In this document: positions 51,970 through 63,277 of the stretch, one piece after another
Numbering within the stretch: position 1 is the stretch's first letter
Layout: each line of letters begins with the position of its first letter
Assembly (NCBI GenBank): GCA_046728915.1
Contig: JBKPFQ010000060.1
Coordinates: forward strand, 5,311-69,310
DNA length: 64,000 nucleotides
Direction: 5' to 3'
DNA from: Actinomycetota bacterium
Lineage (GTDB): Bacteria > Actinomycetota > Thermoleophilia > Solirubrobacterales > 70-9
Program-made: the position numbers and the translations under genes
The notes under the pieces: generated by a model
Told to the model about the DNA's origin: nothing
What the model saw: the letters and a program-made list of their open reading frames with translations, nothing else
Databases searched by the model: none

Positions 51970-53325
51970 GTGACGGAAGCGGCGACCGCCGAGCGGGCCG
52001 CCGATGAGCGGCCGGGCGTCGCCCCACGGACCGGCCTGCCGCCGGGACCGCGGATGCCCGTCCCTGTCCAGACCTTCGGGATGGTCGCCCGCCCCGTGCC
52101 GTTCTTCGAGTCCTGCCGGCGGCGCTTCGGACAGACCTTCACCCTTCGGATCCTCCGCGCCGGCGAGATGGTGTTCATCTCGGATCCACCCTCGCTGAAG
52201 CGCCTGTTCGCGGCCGACCGCAGGAACACGATCGCCCCCGGGCGCAACGTGGTGTTGGGCCCCGTCCTGGGGCCGCGCTCGGTGCTGTTGCTCGAGGGTG
52301 ACGATCACCTGCGCCGGCGCAAGCTCATGCTGCCGCCGTTCCACGGTGAGCGCATGCGCGCCTACGAAACCGTCATGGCGAACGCGGCCGAGCGCGCCGT
52401 GGCCGGCTGGCCCGTCGGCCGGCCATTCCGGATACACGCCAGCATGCAGTCGATCACCTTCGAGGTGATCCTGGCCGCCGTGTTCGGCGTGGAGGACGAC
52501 AGGCGCCGCGCCGCGTTGAGTGAGCGGCTGATCGAGGTGCTCGCAACCACGCGGTCTCCGTTTGCGCTCGGGATGACCGTCGAGCGGGCGCGGTTGTTGC
52601 CGCGCTTCCGCCGCATCGCCCGCATGCTCGACGAGTCGGACGAGATCATGTTCGCCGAGATCTCCGATCGGCGCGCCGACGCGGAGCTCGAGTCGCGGGA
52701 GGACATCCTCTCGATGCTCGTCGCGGCTCGCTTCGACGACGGCTCGGCGATGAGCGACGCGGAGGTCCGCGACCAGTTGATGACGCTCCTGCTTGCCGGG
52801 CACGAGACGACGGCGACCGCCCTCGCGTGGGCCTTTGATCTCCTGTTCCGCGCTCCGGACAAGCTGGCGCGCCTGCGCGAGGAGGAGGCCGGCGATGGCC
52901 ACGAGTATCTCGACGCGGTCGTCAAGGAGACGCTGCGGGTGCGACCGGTGGTGCCGTTCGTGGGGCGTCAGCTCGGAGAGGCTACGGAGCTGGGCGGCTA
53001 CGACCTCCCTGCCGGCACGGATGTCATGCCGGCGATCCTCCTGGCCCATACGCGCCCGGACGTGTACGCCGATCCATACGAGTTTCGCCCCGAGCGGTTC
53101 CTCGAGGACAACCCCGAGACATTCGCGTGGATCCCGTTCGGCGGCGGCACCCGGCGCTGCATCGGCGCGGCGTTCGCCGAGCTCGAGATGCGGGTGGTCC
53201 TGTCTACCATCCTGCGGCGGGCGACACTTCGTCCCACCACGAACCGGCCGGAACGAATGGTGAGACGCAACGTGACGCTCTCACCACGCGGCGGGACGCC
53301 CGCCGTCCTGGTCGAGCGCCGCTAG
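51970..53325 (+). CDS. Cytochrome P450
   Basis: LLLAGHETTATAL (I-helix), ETLRVRP (ExxR), and heme loop FGGGTRRCIGAAFA. The GTG start is 1 nt after the csoR stop. Confidence 0.9.
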   Translation: MTEAATAERAADERPGVAPRTGLPPGPRMPVPVQTFGMVARPVPFFESCRRRFGQTFTLRILRAGEMVFISDPPSLKRLFAADRRNTIAPGRNVVLGPVLGPRSVLLLEGDDHLRRRKLMLPPFHGERMRAYETVMANAAERAVAGWPVGRPFRIHASMQSITFEVILAAVFGVEDDRRRAALSERLIEVLATTRSPFALGMTVERARLLPRFRRIARMLDESDEIMFAEISDRRADAELESREDILSMLVAARFDDGSAMSDAEVRDQLMTLLLAGHETTATALAWAFDLLFRAPDKLARLREEEAGDGHEYLDAVVKETLRVRPVVPFVGRQLGEATELGGYDLPAGTDVMPAILLAHTRPDVYADPYEFRPERFLEDNPETFAWIPFGGGTRRCIGAAFAELEMRVVLSTILRRATLRPTTNRPERMVRRNVTLSPRGGTPAVLVERR

Positions 53326-54611
53326 GCCTCGTTCCTCAACCGGTCTAGGCGCTCGAACACGGTTGGCACGTGCTCGAGATAGGCGTCCGGGTCGAACACC
53401 GAGTCGAGGTCCAGGTTGGGTGCACGCTCGGCCAGCAGGTCGCGAAAGCTCGTGCCCTCGTCCCAAGCCCTCTGTGCCGCCTCCTGGACGATCCGGTAGG
53501 CGGCGTCGCGCTCCATTCCGGACTCCACCAGCGCGGTCAGCGCGCGCTGGCTGTAGAGCGCGCCGGACGTCAGCTCGAGGTTCGCCCGCATCCTCTCCGT
53601 GTGGACGGTCATCCCCGAGGCGAGTCGCGTCCCCAGATGCTGCATGTAGTCGAGCAGGGTCGTGGCGTCCGGCAGCACGACCCGCTCCGCGCCTGAATGC
53701 GAGATGTCGCGCTCGTGCCAAAGCGCCACGTTCTCGTACGAGGTCTGCGCGTACCCGCGCAGGACGCGGGCGAGTCCGGTGAGGCGCTCGGCGAGGATCG
53801 GGTTGCGCTTGTGGGGCATCGCCGAGGAGCCCTTCTGCCCGGCGCCAAACGGCTCCTCGACCTCGCGCACCTCGGTCCGCTGGAGGTTTCTCACCTCGGT
53901 TGCGAACCGTTCCAGTCCCGCGCCCGCGAGCGCGATCGCTCCTACGAGCTCCGCATGCCGATCCCGCGGGACGACCTGAGTCGAGACGTCCTCGGCGCGA
54001 AGCACCAGGGCATCCATCACCCGGGCCTCGATCGCGGGAGGGACCGACGCGTACGTGCCCACGGCGCCTGAGAGCTTCCCCACCCGCACCCCCTCGAAGG
54101 CGCGCTCCAGGCGCCGCAGGTTGCGCTCGGCCTCGAAGGCGAAGCCGGCCAGCCGCAGCCCGAACGTGGTCGGCTCGGCGTGCACGCCGTGCGTGCGCCC
54201 GGCGGTCAGCGTGTCGCGATGCTCCAGCGCACGCTCGATCAGCGCGTCACGGTACGCGCGCGCCCCGGCGAGCACGATCTCACCGGCGTCGCGGAGCTGG
54301 AGAGCCAGCGCCGTGTCCAGCACGTCCGAGGAGGTCAGCCCGTAATGGATCCATCGGCCCGACTCGCCGATCGAGCTCGACACCACATCCACGAACGCGG
54401 CGACGTCGTGTCCGGTGATGCGCTCGCGCTCGTTGACGGCATCGACCGTGAACGAGGCACGCTCGCGGCACTCCCGCGCGGCGTCCCCCGGGACGACCCC
54501 CTCGGCCGCCCACGCGTCGGTCGCGGCCAGCTCGACCTCGAGCCACCGCTGCATGCGGCGCTCGGCCGTCCAGACCGCGCCGATCTCCGGACGGGTGTAG
54601 CGCGAGATCAC
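53322..54611 (-). CDS. purB: Adenylosuccinate lyase
   Basis: [26 protein letters not shown], and [11 protein letters not shown] signature. Confidence 0.93.
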   Translation of the reverse strand: MISRYTRPEIGAVWTAERRMQRWLEVELAATDAWAAEGVVPGDAARECRERASFTVDAVNERERITGHDVAAFVDVVSSSIGESGRWIHYGLTSSDVLDTALALQLRDAGEIVLAGARAYRDALIERALEHRDTLTAGRTHGVHAEPTTFGLRLAGFAFEAERNLRRLERAFEGVRVGKLSGAVGTYASVPPAIEARVMDALVLRAEDVSTQVVPRDRHAELVGAIALAGAGLERFATEVRNLQRTEVREVEEPFGAGQKGSSAMPHKRNPILAERLTGLARVLRGYAQTSYENVALWHERDISHSGAERVVLPDATTLLDYMQHLGTRLASGMTVHTERMRANLELTSGALYSQRALTALVESGMERDAAYRIVQEAAQRAWDEGTSFRDLLAERAPNLDLDSVFDPDAYLEHVPTVFERLDRLRNEA

Positions 54612-55108
54612 GCGTTGATTATGCGGACGGCCAGCAAACCGGCGTTCTTCGCGCCGTCGATTGCAACCGACCCGACGGGCACGCCGGGTGGCATTTGCAC
54701 CGACGAGAGCAGCGCGTCGAGCCCGCCGAGCGCGTTCCCCGACAGCGGCACTCCCACGACGGGCAGGTCCGTGTGGGCCGCGGCCACGCCGGGCAGGGCG
54801 GCCGACATCCCGGCACCCGCGATGATCACCTTCAGGCCACGCATCCGTGCCGCATGGCAGTACTCCCGGACCTTCTCCGGGTCGCGGTGGGCGCTCATCA
54901 CGCGCACCTCGTACCGGATCCCGTGCTGCTGGAGGGCCTCGCCCGCCGGCTGCATCTTGGGCTTGTCGTTCTTCGAGCCCATGATGATCCCGACCAGCGG
55001 CGCGTCGACGTCGATTTCCTCGAACGCGGCTTCCACGTCGGGCATGGGCTCGGCCGTGGCCGTCTCGGCCTCTCTGCGCTGCGTCCCCTCGGGCTCAGCG
55101 ATCTCCAT
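54608..55108 (-). CDS. purE: N5-CAIR mutase (class I PurE) with about 35-aa acidic N-terminal extension
   Basis: [23 protein letters not shown], and [11 protein letters not shown] later start (ATG 55045) is possible. Confidence 0.9.
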   Translation of the reverse strand: MEIAEPEGTQRREAETATAEPMPDVEAAFEEIDVDAPLVGIIMGSKNDKPKMQPAGEALQQHGIRYEVRVMSAHRDPEKVREYCHAARMRGLKVIIAGAGMSAALPGVAAAHTDLPVVGVPLSGNALGGLDALLSSVQMPPGVPVGSVAIDGAKNAGLLAVRIINA

Positions 55109-55130
55109 CGATCCCTCTCCTTCTCGGTTT

Positions 55131-56411
55131 CTAGGGTGAGGCCACTCGGGCGACCGCCCGCTCGGCGATGTCGGTGCGCATCTGCATGCCGTCGAACGAA
55201 ATCATGTTCGCCGCCCTGTAGACGCGGTCCCTCGCCTCCCCCGGGGTGGCACCAAGGGCGGTGACGTTCAAGACTCGGCCGCCGGCCGTGACGATGTTCC
55301 CGTCCCGCCGAGCCGTGCCCGCATGGTTCACCTCGACGTCGGGCAGGGCCGACGCCTCCTCGAGCCCGTGGATGACGTCGCCCTTCGACGAGGACGCGGG
55401 GTAGCCCGCCGAGGCGAGCACGACCGTGACCGCCCAGCGCTCGTCGAACTCCGCAAGGGCCCCGGCGAGGCCGCCCGGCTCCCTCGCGCCCCGGCACAGA
55501 TCGAGGAGGCTCGATTCCAGCCGGGGGAGCACCGCCTGCGTCTCGGGATCGCCGAAGCGGCAGTTGAACTCGAGAACCTTCGCCCCTGACTCGGTGATCA
55601 TGAGCCCCGCGTAGAGCACCCCCGCGTAGGGCGTGCCGCGACGGCGCATCTCGTCGACGACGGGACGGTGGACCGAGCTGGTGATGTCCTCGACGCGATC
55701 CGGGTCGAACCCCGGCACCGGCGAGTAGCTCCCCATGCCCCCGGTGTTGGGGCCCCGGTCGCCGTCGAAGATGCGCTTGTAGTCCTGGGCGGGGGCCAGC
55801 GGGACCACGTTCACGCCGTCGCACAGCGCGAGCAACGACAGCTCCTCCCCCTCGAGGTACTCCTCCAGGACGACCTCGGTGGCGCCGAAGCGCCGCTCCA
55901 CGAAGAAGACATCCACAGCCTCGCGGGCCTCGGCCTCCGACGGGGCGATGATCACGCCCTTGCCCGCAGCGAGCCCGTCGGCCTTCAGCACGGCCGGGTA
56001 GGAGGCGCACGAGAGATGCTCGCGGGCCTCCTGGTGCGACCGCAGGACCGTGTGCGACGCCGTGGGCACCCCCGCCGCGGCCATCAGCTCCTTCGCGTGG
56101 ATCTTCGAGCCCTCGATGCGGGCCGCCTCGCGGCGGGGGCCGAAGGCCGGCACTCCGTTGGCCTCCAGCTCGTCCACGACGCCGGCCACGAGCGGCGCCT
56201 CGGGTCCGACGACCACGAGGTCGACGCTCTCCGTGACCGCCGCCGCGACGATCCCGCGCACGTCCTCGGCGCCGACCTCGAGGCAGCGAGCGTCGGCGGC
56301 GATCCCAGCATTGCCGGGCGCGCAGAGGAGCTCGACGCCTGGGTCGGAGCGGGCGAGGGCGCGGACGAGCGCGTGCTCGCGCCCGCCGCCGCCGACGACC
56401 AGGACCCGCAT
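55131..56411 (-). CDS. purD: Phosphoribosylamine-glycine ligase
   Basis: [19 protein letters not shown]-grasp blocks, and [11 protein letters not shown]. Confidence 0.93.
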   Translation of the reverse strand: MRVLVVGGGGREHALVRALARSDPGVELLCAPGNAGIAADARCLEVGAEDVRGIVAAAVTESVDLVVVGPEAPLVAGVVDELEANGVPAFGPRREAARIEGSKIHAKELMAAAGVPTASHTVLRSHQEAREHLSCASYPAVLKADGLAAGKGVIIAPSEAEAREAVDVFFVERRFGATEVVLEEYLEGEELSLLALCDGVNVVPLAPAQDYKRIFDGDRGPNTGGMGSYSPVPGFDPDRVEDITSSVHRPVVDEMRRRGTPYAGVLYAGLMITESGAKVLEFNCRFGDPETQAVLPRLESSLLDLCRGAREPGGLAGALAEFDERWAVTVVLASAGYPASSSKGDVIHGLEEASALPDVEVNHAGTARRDGNIVTAGGRVLNVTALGATPGEARDRVYRAANMISFDGMQMRTDIAERAVARVASP

Positions 56412-56429
56412 GCGGTTGCTCGCGGCGGG

Positions 56430-56711
56430 CTAGAGGGCCTTGGTGAATTCCTCCGCGGGAATGGCGGCCATGGTCTCGTTCGACGTCGTGCCGCGGGAGC
56501 CGAGCTCCACCGAGACCTTCGCCATCGTTCGCTCGTCGGGGGCCTCGACGACGCTCACGAAGTCGTATTCACCGAGCGTCGCCCACTGGTTCAGCACCTT
56601 GACGCCCAGCTGCTCGACTTCGCGGTTCACCTCATGGACTCGCCCGGGGTTGTCCTTCAGCGTCTTCACCCCATCCGAGGTCAGCTTCGTCAGCATGATG
56701 AATACGGCCAT
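56430..56711 (-). CDS. GYD-domain protein
   Basis: 93 aa: [25 protein letters not shown]...[15 protein letters not shown] pattern. Confidence 0.7.
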   Translation of the reverse strand: MAVFIMLTKLTSDGVKTLKDNPGRVHEVNREVEQLGVKVLNQWATLGEYDFVSVVEAPDERTMAKVSVELGSRGTTSNETMAAIPAEEFTKAL

Positions 56712-56822
56712 GTTTCCTCCTAGTCCTGGTTTGCGCGGGAGCTGCGGTGCTCGCCGGCCGCGGCGTCGCGTGGCCTGAGCCTACCTTCGTTTAGGCTGGG
56801 AGCGCCGGGTAAGGGGATTGAG

Positions 56823-57479
56823 GTGAGGAGACTCGAGCCCGTCAGGCTGAAGCCCTGGACGCTGCCGCTGATCGTGTTGGCGATTGCGGTGCCGATCGTC
56901 GCCGCGTTCGCGCTCGTCGGGCCCGAGGCCGGCCTCGCCGTCGGCGCGATCGCCGCCGCGTCGATTCTCGTGCTCGCCGCCAGGGCCCGCTTCGACGAGC
57001 CGATCGAGGTGGCATCGCCTCCCGACGACCGCTTCACGATGCTCGTCGTCCTCACCATTCCGCTCGAGGACCCTAAGTTGGCCGGGGTGGTCGCGGAGAT
57101 CGCGAACGCTGGAACGAAGTCCACGAGGCCGCACGCCGAGCGGGAGCCCGACGTGCTGCTGCTGGCGCCGGCGACCAACCGGGCGGTGGCGCACTGGCTG
57201 TCCGATCTGCGGCAGGCGCGCTTCGACGCCCAGCGGCGGCTGACGCTCTCCGTTGCCACGCTCGCGACGGTGGACGTCGACGCCCGCGGTGAGGTGGGCG
57301 ACTCCGACACGGTCCAGGCCGTCGAGGACGCCCTGCGGACCTTCGGAGCCCAGGAGGTCGTGTTCGTCACCGAGCCTGACCGCAACGGGGACGTGGCGGA
57401 GGTCCGCCGGCGGCTGGATCGCCCGGTGCGTGTGCTCGAGGTACCGGCGCCAGCACCACAGCGCCAGCCATCAGCCTGA
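56823..57479 (+). CDS. Hypothetical membrane protein (2 N-terminal TM segments plus a soluble domain)
   Basis: GTG with AAGGGGA SD. High GC3. WTLPLIVLAIAVPIVAAFALVG and GLAVGAIAAASILVLAA. No family recognised. Confidence 0.5.
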   Translation: MRRLEPVRLKPWTLPLIVLAIAVPIVAAFALVGPEAGLAVGAIAAASILVLAARARFDEPIEVASPPDDRFTMLVVLTIPLEDPKLAGVVAEIANAGTKSTRPHAEREPDVLLLAPATNRAVAHWLSDLRQARFDAQRRLTLSVATLATVDVDARGEVGDSDTVQAVEDALRTFGAQEVVFVTEPDRNGDVAEVRRRLDRPVRVLEVPAPAPQRQPSA

Positions 57480-60092
57480 AGCGACGTTCACCTTCTCGCA
57501 GTTCTCCTTCACCCTGTCCCGCTGGTCGACCGTCGCCTTATCGTTGCCGCCGTCGCAGGCGACCCTGTCCGTGCCGCCGCCGGCCGACTTGAGCCTGTCC
57601 TTGCCCTTGCCGCCCCTCAGCTTGTCCTTCCCCTTGCCGCCCCTCAGCTTGTCCTTGCCCTTGCCGCCGGAGAGCTTGTCCGCGCCCTTCTGGCCTCGGA
57701 GCGCGTCCTTGCCGCCGCCACCCTTGACCCTGTCTCTGCCCTTGCCGCCCCTCAGCTTGTCCTTGCCCTTGCCGCCTCTCAGTCCGTCCTTGCCGGCGCC
57801 TCCCCTGACCTTGTCCTTGCCGCGGCCGGCGCAGATTAGATCGTTGCCACCTCTTCCCTTGATCGTGTCCCTGCCGCGACGCGCGGCGATCACGTCGCGG
57901 CCGGACGTGCCAATCAGCGTGTCGGGACGGTTGGTGCCGATGAGCGTCGCGCGCTTGTGCTGGCAGTGGGCGGCGGTGGGTGGAGGGCCGGGGCCGGGGC
58001 CCGGGCCCGGGCCGGGTCCAGGTCCAGGTCCGGGTCCGGGGCAGTCGACGCCGGCGACCGGGTGACCGCCGAACCTCGGCGTGTTCGGGATCTGCGCCGA
58101 GAACACCTGCTGGTACGGCGAGAAGGCCGGGTTCGAGGGTGCGAGGTTTGCGCGCGTCGTGTCCTGCCAGAACGGGTAGGCGAAGCAATCGTTTGCCGCG
58201 ATGCCCTGATAGTCGCCGATGAACTCGCCCGACGGCGAGATCGGGGGGTTGATCGAGGGATCCCACATCGACCGCGTCACCCGGGCCTCGGTCCAGGTCT
58301 TGCCCTGGTCGTTGGAGCGGGCGAAGAAGGTATCGATGTAGAAGTCCTGCGGGTCGTTGCGGCGGTCGAACCACATCATGTTGAGCTGGCCGCTCTCGGT
58401 CACCGCCAGGGCTGGCTGGAACTGGTCCTTGCCGTCGGCGAGCGGATCCGCGTTCACCCGGATCGGCTTGGTCCAGGTATCTCCCCCGTTGCGGGACCTC
58501 ACGGCCAGGATGTCCGCGTCGCACACCTGTCCGGATGGGACAGCAGCGTCGTCTCCCTCGCCGAGACAGAGCTCGTCATCGAGCTTCCTGTGGTAGTCGG
58601 ACCAGGCGAGATACACGGTGCCGTCGTCCGGGTCAACTCCCGCGTACGGGATCGAGAGATTCCGGAACGCCGAGTTGGGAAACACGCCGGGAAGCGGGTG
58701 GATCTCGACCACCGTCTCGGGCGGGGAGAACGTCTGGCCGCCGTCGGTGGACTTCGCCATCCGCATGCTCGCCCCGGTCCCTGATGCGGGATCGTTGAAG
58801 TTGAGCCAGAAGACGTACAGCACGCCCGGCTCTCCCGGGTTCTCGGGTGGCCCCACCACCACGAAGCACCCGATCACGCTCTGGTCGCCGCCGGATACCG
58901 GTAGCCCCGTCGACCATGTCTCTCCCGCGTCCGTGGAGCGGCTCACGCGGATCGAGAGATTGGAAACGGGCGCGTCCTCCGACCAGCAGGCGTACATGTT
59001 CCCGGTCTTGCCGTCCCGGTCGGGGCCGTGGTTGTCCACGGTGAGCGTGTTCTTGTCGGCGAGCAGAAGCTGCTTCGTGACCGGGTCGTCCTTGCTCTCG
59101 ATCGGAATCGGCCCACTCCAGGTGCGCCCGCCGTCGGTCGACTTGTGCAGCTTCATACCCCATCCGGCTCCCGTGGCCGAATCCGGCGGTGAGTCGAGCA
59201 CCATCGCGTAGGCGTTGCCCTCGTCGTCGAAGGCCGTCCAGACGTCGCTCGTCACGTGGTAGTTGTCGCCCTCGTCTCCCGTCTGCTTCGGATAGCCGGG
59301 GAGGTGGCCGTTGTCGTGCCAGGTCCGGCCGCCGTCGAACGAGACGAAGGTCCCGATCTTGAACAGGTACTCCTCGAGGTTCTGGTACATCTTCGATCCC
59401 GCCACCAGATGGTTCGGGTTGAGGGGATCCACCGAGATGTGGGGCTCCGAGTAGGAGAGGTAGCCCGTGCTGGAGGCGCGTGATTGGTCCATTCCCCCAG
59501 GTACGTCGGGAATCGGGTCGCGGAGCTCGAAGCGGACCTGTCCGTCGTAGTCCGAGTTGACGACCGAGAACGGGTTGACGCGCACCAGGTAGGTCCCCTC
59601 CGCTCTGGAGATGATCACGTGTTCCTCGGTCGTGCCGCCCTGGGCGGAGGAGGCGACCGGCGCCCCCACCGGCTCGCCGGCCGGGGGCTTCTTGTACACG
59701 TACATGTCGAAGTCGTTGTCGGCGCTCTGCCAATTGATCGCCACGCGGACACCACCGCTGTGCGTGAGCCAGTAGTTGGACGGGACGTTGACGGTGAGCT
59801 GGAAGACATCGCACTGATTGGCGCCCGGCACGGCCCCGGGGTCGTCGGGACCGCCTGGGTATGAGGGAGCGCAGAGCTGGTCACCGGCGGTATTCGAGAC
59901 GTTCGCGCCGGCGGCGAAGAACCGACCCTGCCACGTGACCGGCCCACCGCTTGGCGTGATCGTCGCCGCGGGCGGTGTTGCTGCTCCCGCACGGGACGCG
60001 AGGGCCAGGAGGACCAGGCCGCCGGCCAGCAAGGTTCCCGCCATGCGCGCGTGACGGACTCGGCGGGTCGTATACGCCGCGCTTCGGGTCAC
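57471..60092 (-). CDS. Secreted multidomain protein: PPC-like beta-sandwich, six-Asp-box BNR propeller, (PG)9 linker, about 14 Lys-rich RTX-type nonapeptide repeats
   Basis: Signal peptide AGTLLAGGLVLLALASRAGA. NDFDMYVYK. Asp-boxes SFDGGRTW, STDGGRTW, STDAGETW, STDGGQTF, SRNGGDTW and SNDQGKTW. CPGPGPGPGPGPGPGPGPGPPP. GGKGKDKLR-type repeats. GGGAGGAGG SD before GTG 60092. Confidence 0.8.
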   Translation of the reverse strand: MTRSAAYTTRRVRHARMAGTLLAGGLVLLALASRAGAATPPAATITPSGGPVTWQGRFFAAGANVSNTAGDQLCAPSYPGGPDDPGAVPGANQCDVFQLTVNVPSNYWLTHSGGVRVAINWQSADNDFDMYVYKKPPAGEPVGAPVASSAQGGTTEEHVIISRAEGTYLVRVNPFSVVNSDYDGQVRFELRDPIPDVPGGMDQSRASSTGYLSYSEPHISVDPLNPNHLVAGSKMYQNLEEYLFKIGTFVSFDGGRTWHDNGHLPGYPKQTGDEGDNYHVTSDVWTAFDDEGNAYAMVLDSPPDSATGAGWGMKLHKSTDGGRTWSGPIPIESKDDPVTKQLLLADKNTLTVDNHGPDRDGKTGNMYACWSEDAPVSNLSIRVSRSTDAGETWSTGLPVSGGDQSVIGCFVVVGPPENPGEPGVLYVFWLNFNDPASGTGASMRMAKSTDGGQTFSPPETVVEIHPLPGVFPNSAFRNLSIPYAGVDPDDGTVYLAWSDYHRKLDDELCLGEGDDAAVPSGQVCDADILAVRSRNGGDTWTKPIRVNADPLADGKDQFQPALAVTESGQLNMMWFDRRNDPQDFYIDTFFARSNDQGKTWTEARVTRSMWDPSINPPISPSGEFIGDYQGIAANDCFAYPFWQDTTRANLAPSNPAFSPYQQVFSAQIPNTPRFGGHPVAGVDCPGPGPGPGPGPGPGPGPGPPPTAAHCQHKRATLIGTNRPDTLIGTSGRDVIAARRGRDTIKGRGGNDLICAGRGKDKVRGGAGKDGLRGGKGKDKLRGGKGRDRVKGGGGKDALRGQKGADKLSGGKGKDKLRGGKGKDKLRGGKGKDRLKSAGGGTDRVACDGGNDKATVDQRDRVKENCEKVNVASG
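57561..57941 (-). repeat. In-frame 27-bp periodic array (about 14 units) encoding the nonapeptide repeats
   Basis: For example, CAGCTTGTCCTT(G/C)CCCTTGCCGCC(C/T)CT recurs at 57618, 57645 and 57753, with degenerate copies on both sides. Confidence 0.85.
57982..58041 (-). repeat. Imperfect GGN-CCN hexanucleotide tract encoding (PG)9PPP
   Basis: GGAGGGCCGGGGCCGGGGCCCGGGCCCGGGCCGGGTCCAGGTCCAGGTCCGGGTCCGGGG. Confidence 0.85.
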
Positions 60093-60167
60093 CCCGGGCT
60101 AGCCTCCTCCCACGGACTCCAAACTGCGCTCGAAACGCTAACTCGAAGATCGTGCCGACGCGCCGGT

Positions 60168-62759
<2,592 letters not shown>

Positions 62760-62765
62760 CTGCCG

Positions 62766-63269
62766 CTAGCTCCCCTTCTTCGTACGCCTCACGGGAATCC
62801 GGATCGGACGTGCCTGCTCAGCGGGCACCAGATCCCCGGCGTCGTACGCACCGTAGGGAACGAGCTCGGCCTTCAGCGAGCGGCGTACGCGCTCGACCTC
62901 CTCGTTCATCTGTAGCTCGAGCTCCTTCGTGCGCTTGCGCATGCGCTCGAGCTCGGAGCGCATCCGCGCGACCTGATCCTCCATCGCGAGGACGACCTCC
63001 ACGCCGGCGAGGTTGAGCCCCTCCTCACTCGTCATCCGCTGGATCCGGCGAAGTCGCTCGACGTCGTTCTGCGAGTACAGGCGGGTCTTCTTCGGCGAAC
63101 GCTTCGGCGCGATGAGCCCGCGCGCCTCGTACATGCGCAGGGTTTGCGGGTGCATGTCTGCCAGCTCGGCCGCCACCGAGATCATGAACACGCCGCGCTC
63201 GCCGTCGATGGCAGCCTCGACCCGCCGTGTGACGCGGCGGGCGGCTCCGGTCTCGTCTCGCTTGGCCAT
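62766..63269 (-). CDS. hspR: MerR-family heat-shock repressor HspR
   Basis: ATG 63269. FMISVAAELADMHPQTLRMYEARGLIAPKRSPKKTRLYSQNDVERLRRIQ. Sits in dnaJ-hspR context. The listed 399-aa ORF N-terminus is shadow over dnaJ. Confidence 0.85.
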   Translation of the reverse strand: MAKRDETGAARRVTRRVEAAIDGERGVFMISVAAELADMHPQTLRMYEARGLIAPKRSPKKTRLYSQNDVERLRRIQRMTSEEGLNLAGVEVVLAMEDQVARMRSELERMRKRTKELELQMNEEVERVRRSLKAELVPYGAYDAGDLVPAEQARPIRIPVRRTKKGS

Positions 63270-63277
63270 TTCGAGTC

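Noticed and set aside
56412-56822. Purine riboswitch or PurR box upstream of purD or the GYD gene.
   Set aside because: I found no guanine/adenine-riboswitch core sequence and no PurBox-like palindrome by eye. The purD upstream gap is only 18 nt.
57561-57941. Possible CRISPR array suggested by the 27-bp periodic repeats.
   Set aside because: There are no unique spacers between repeats. The units are contiguous, in frame, and encode GGxGxDxLx nonapeptides. There are no cas genes in the window.
57253-58065. 270-aa plus-strand ORF with LSLPLPPLSLS repeats, and a 328-aa minus-strand ORF (57538-58524).
   Set aside because: They are antisense or alternative-frame readings of the RTX-like 27-bp repeats. 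The BNR/RTX frame is continuous from the signal peptide to the stop and explains the periodicity.
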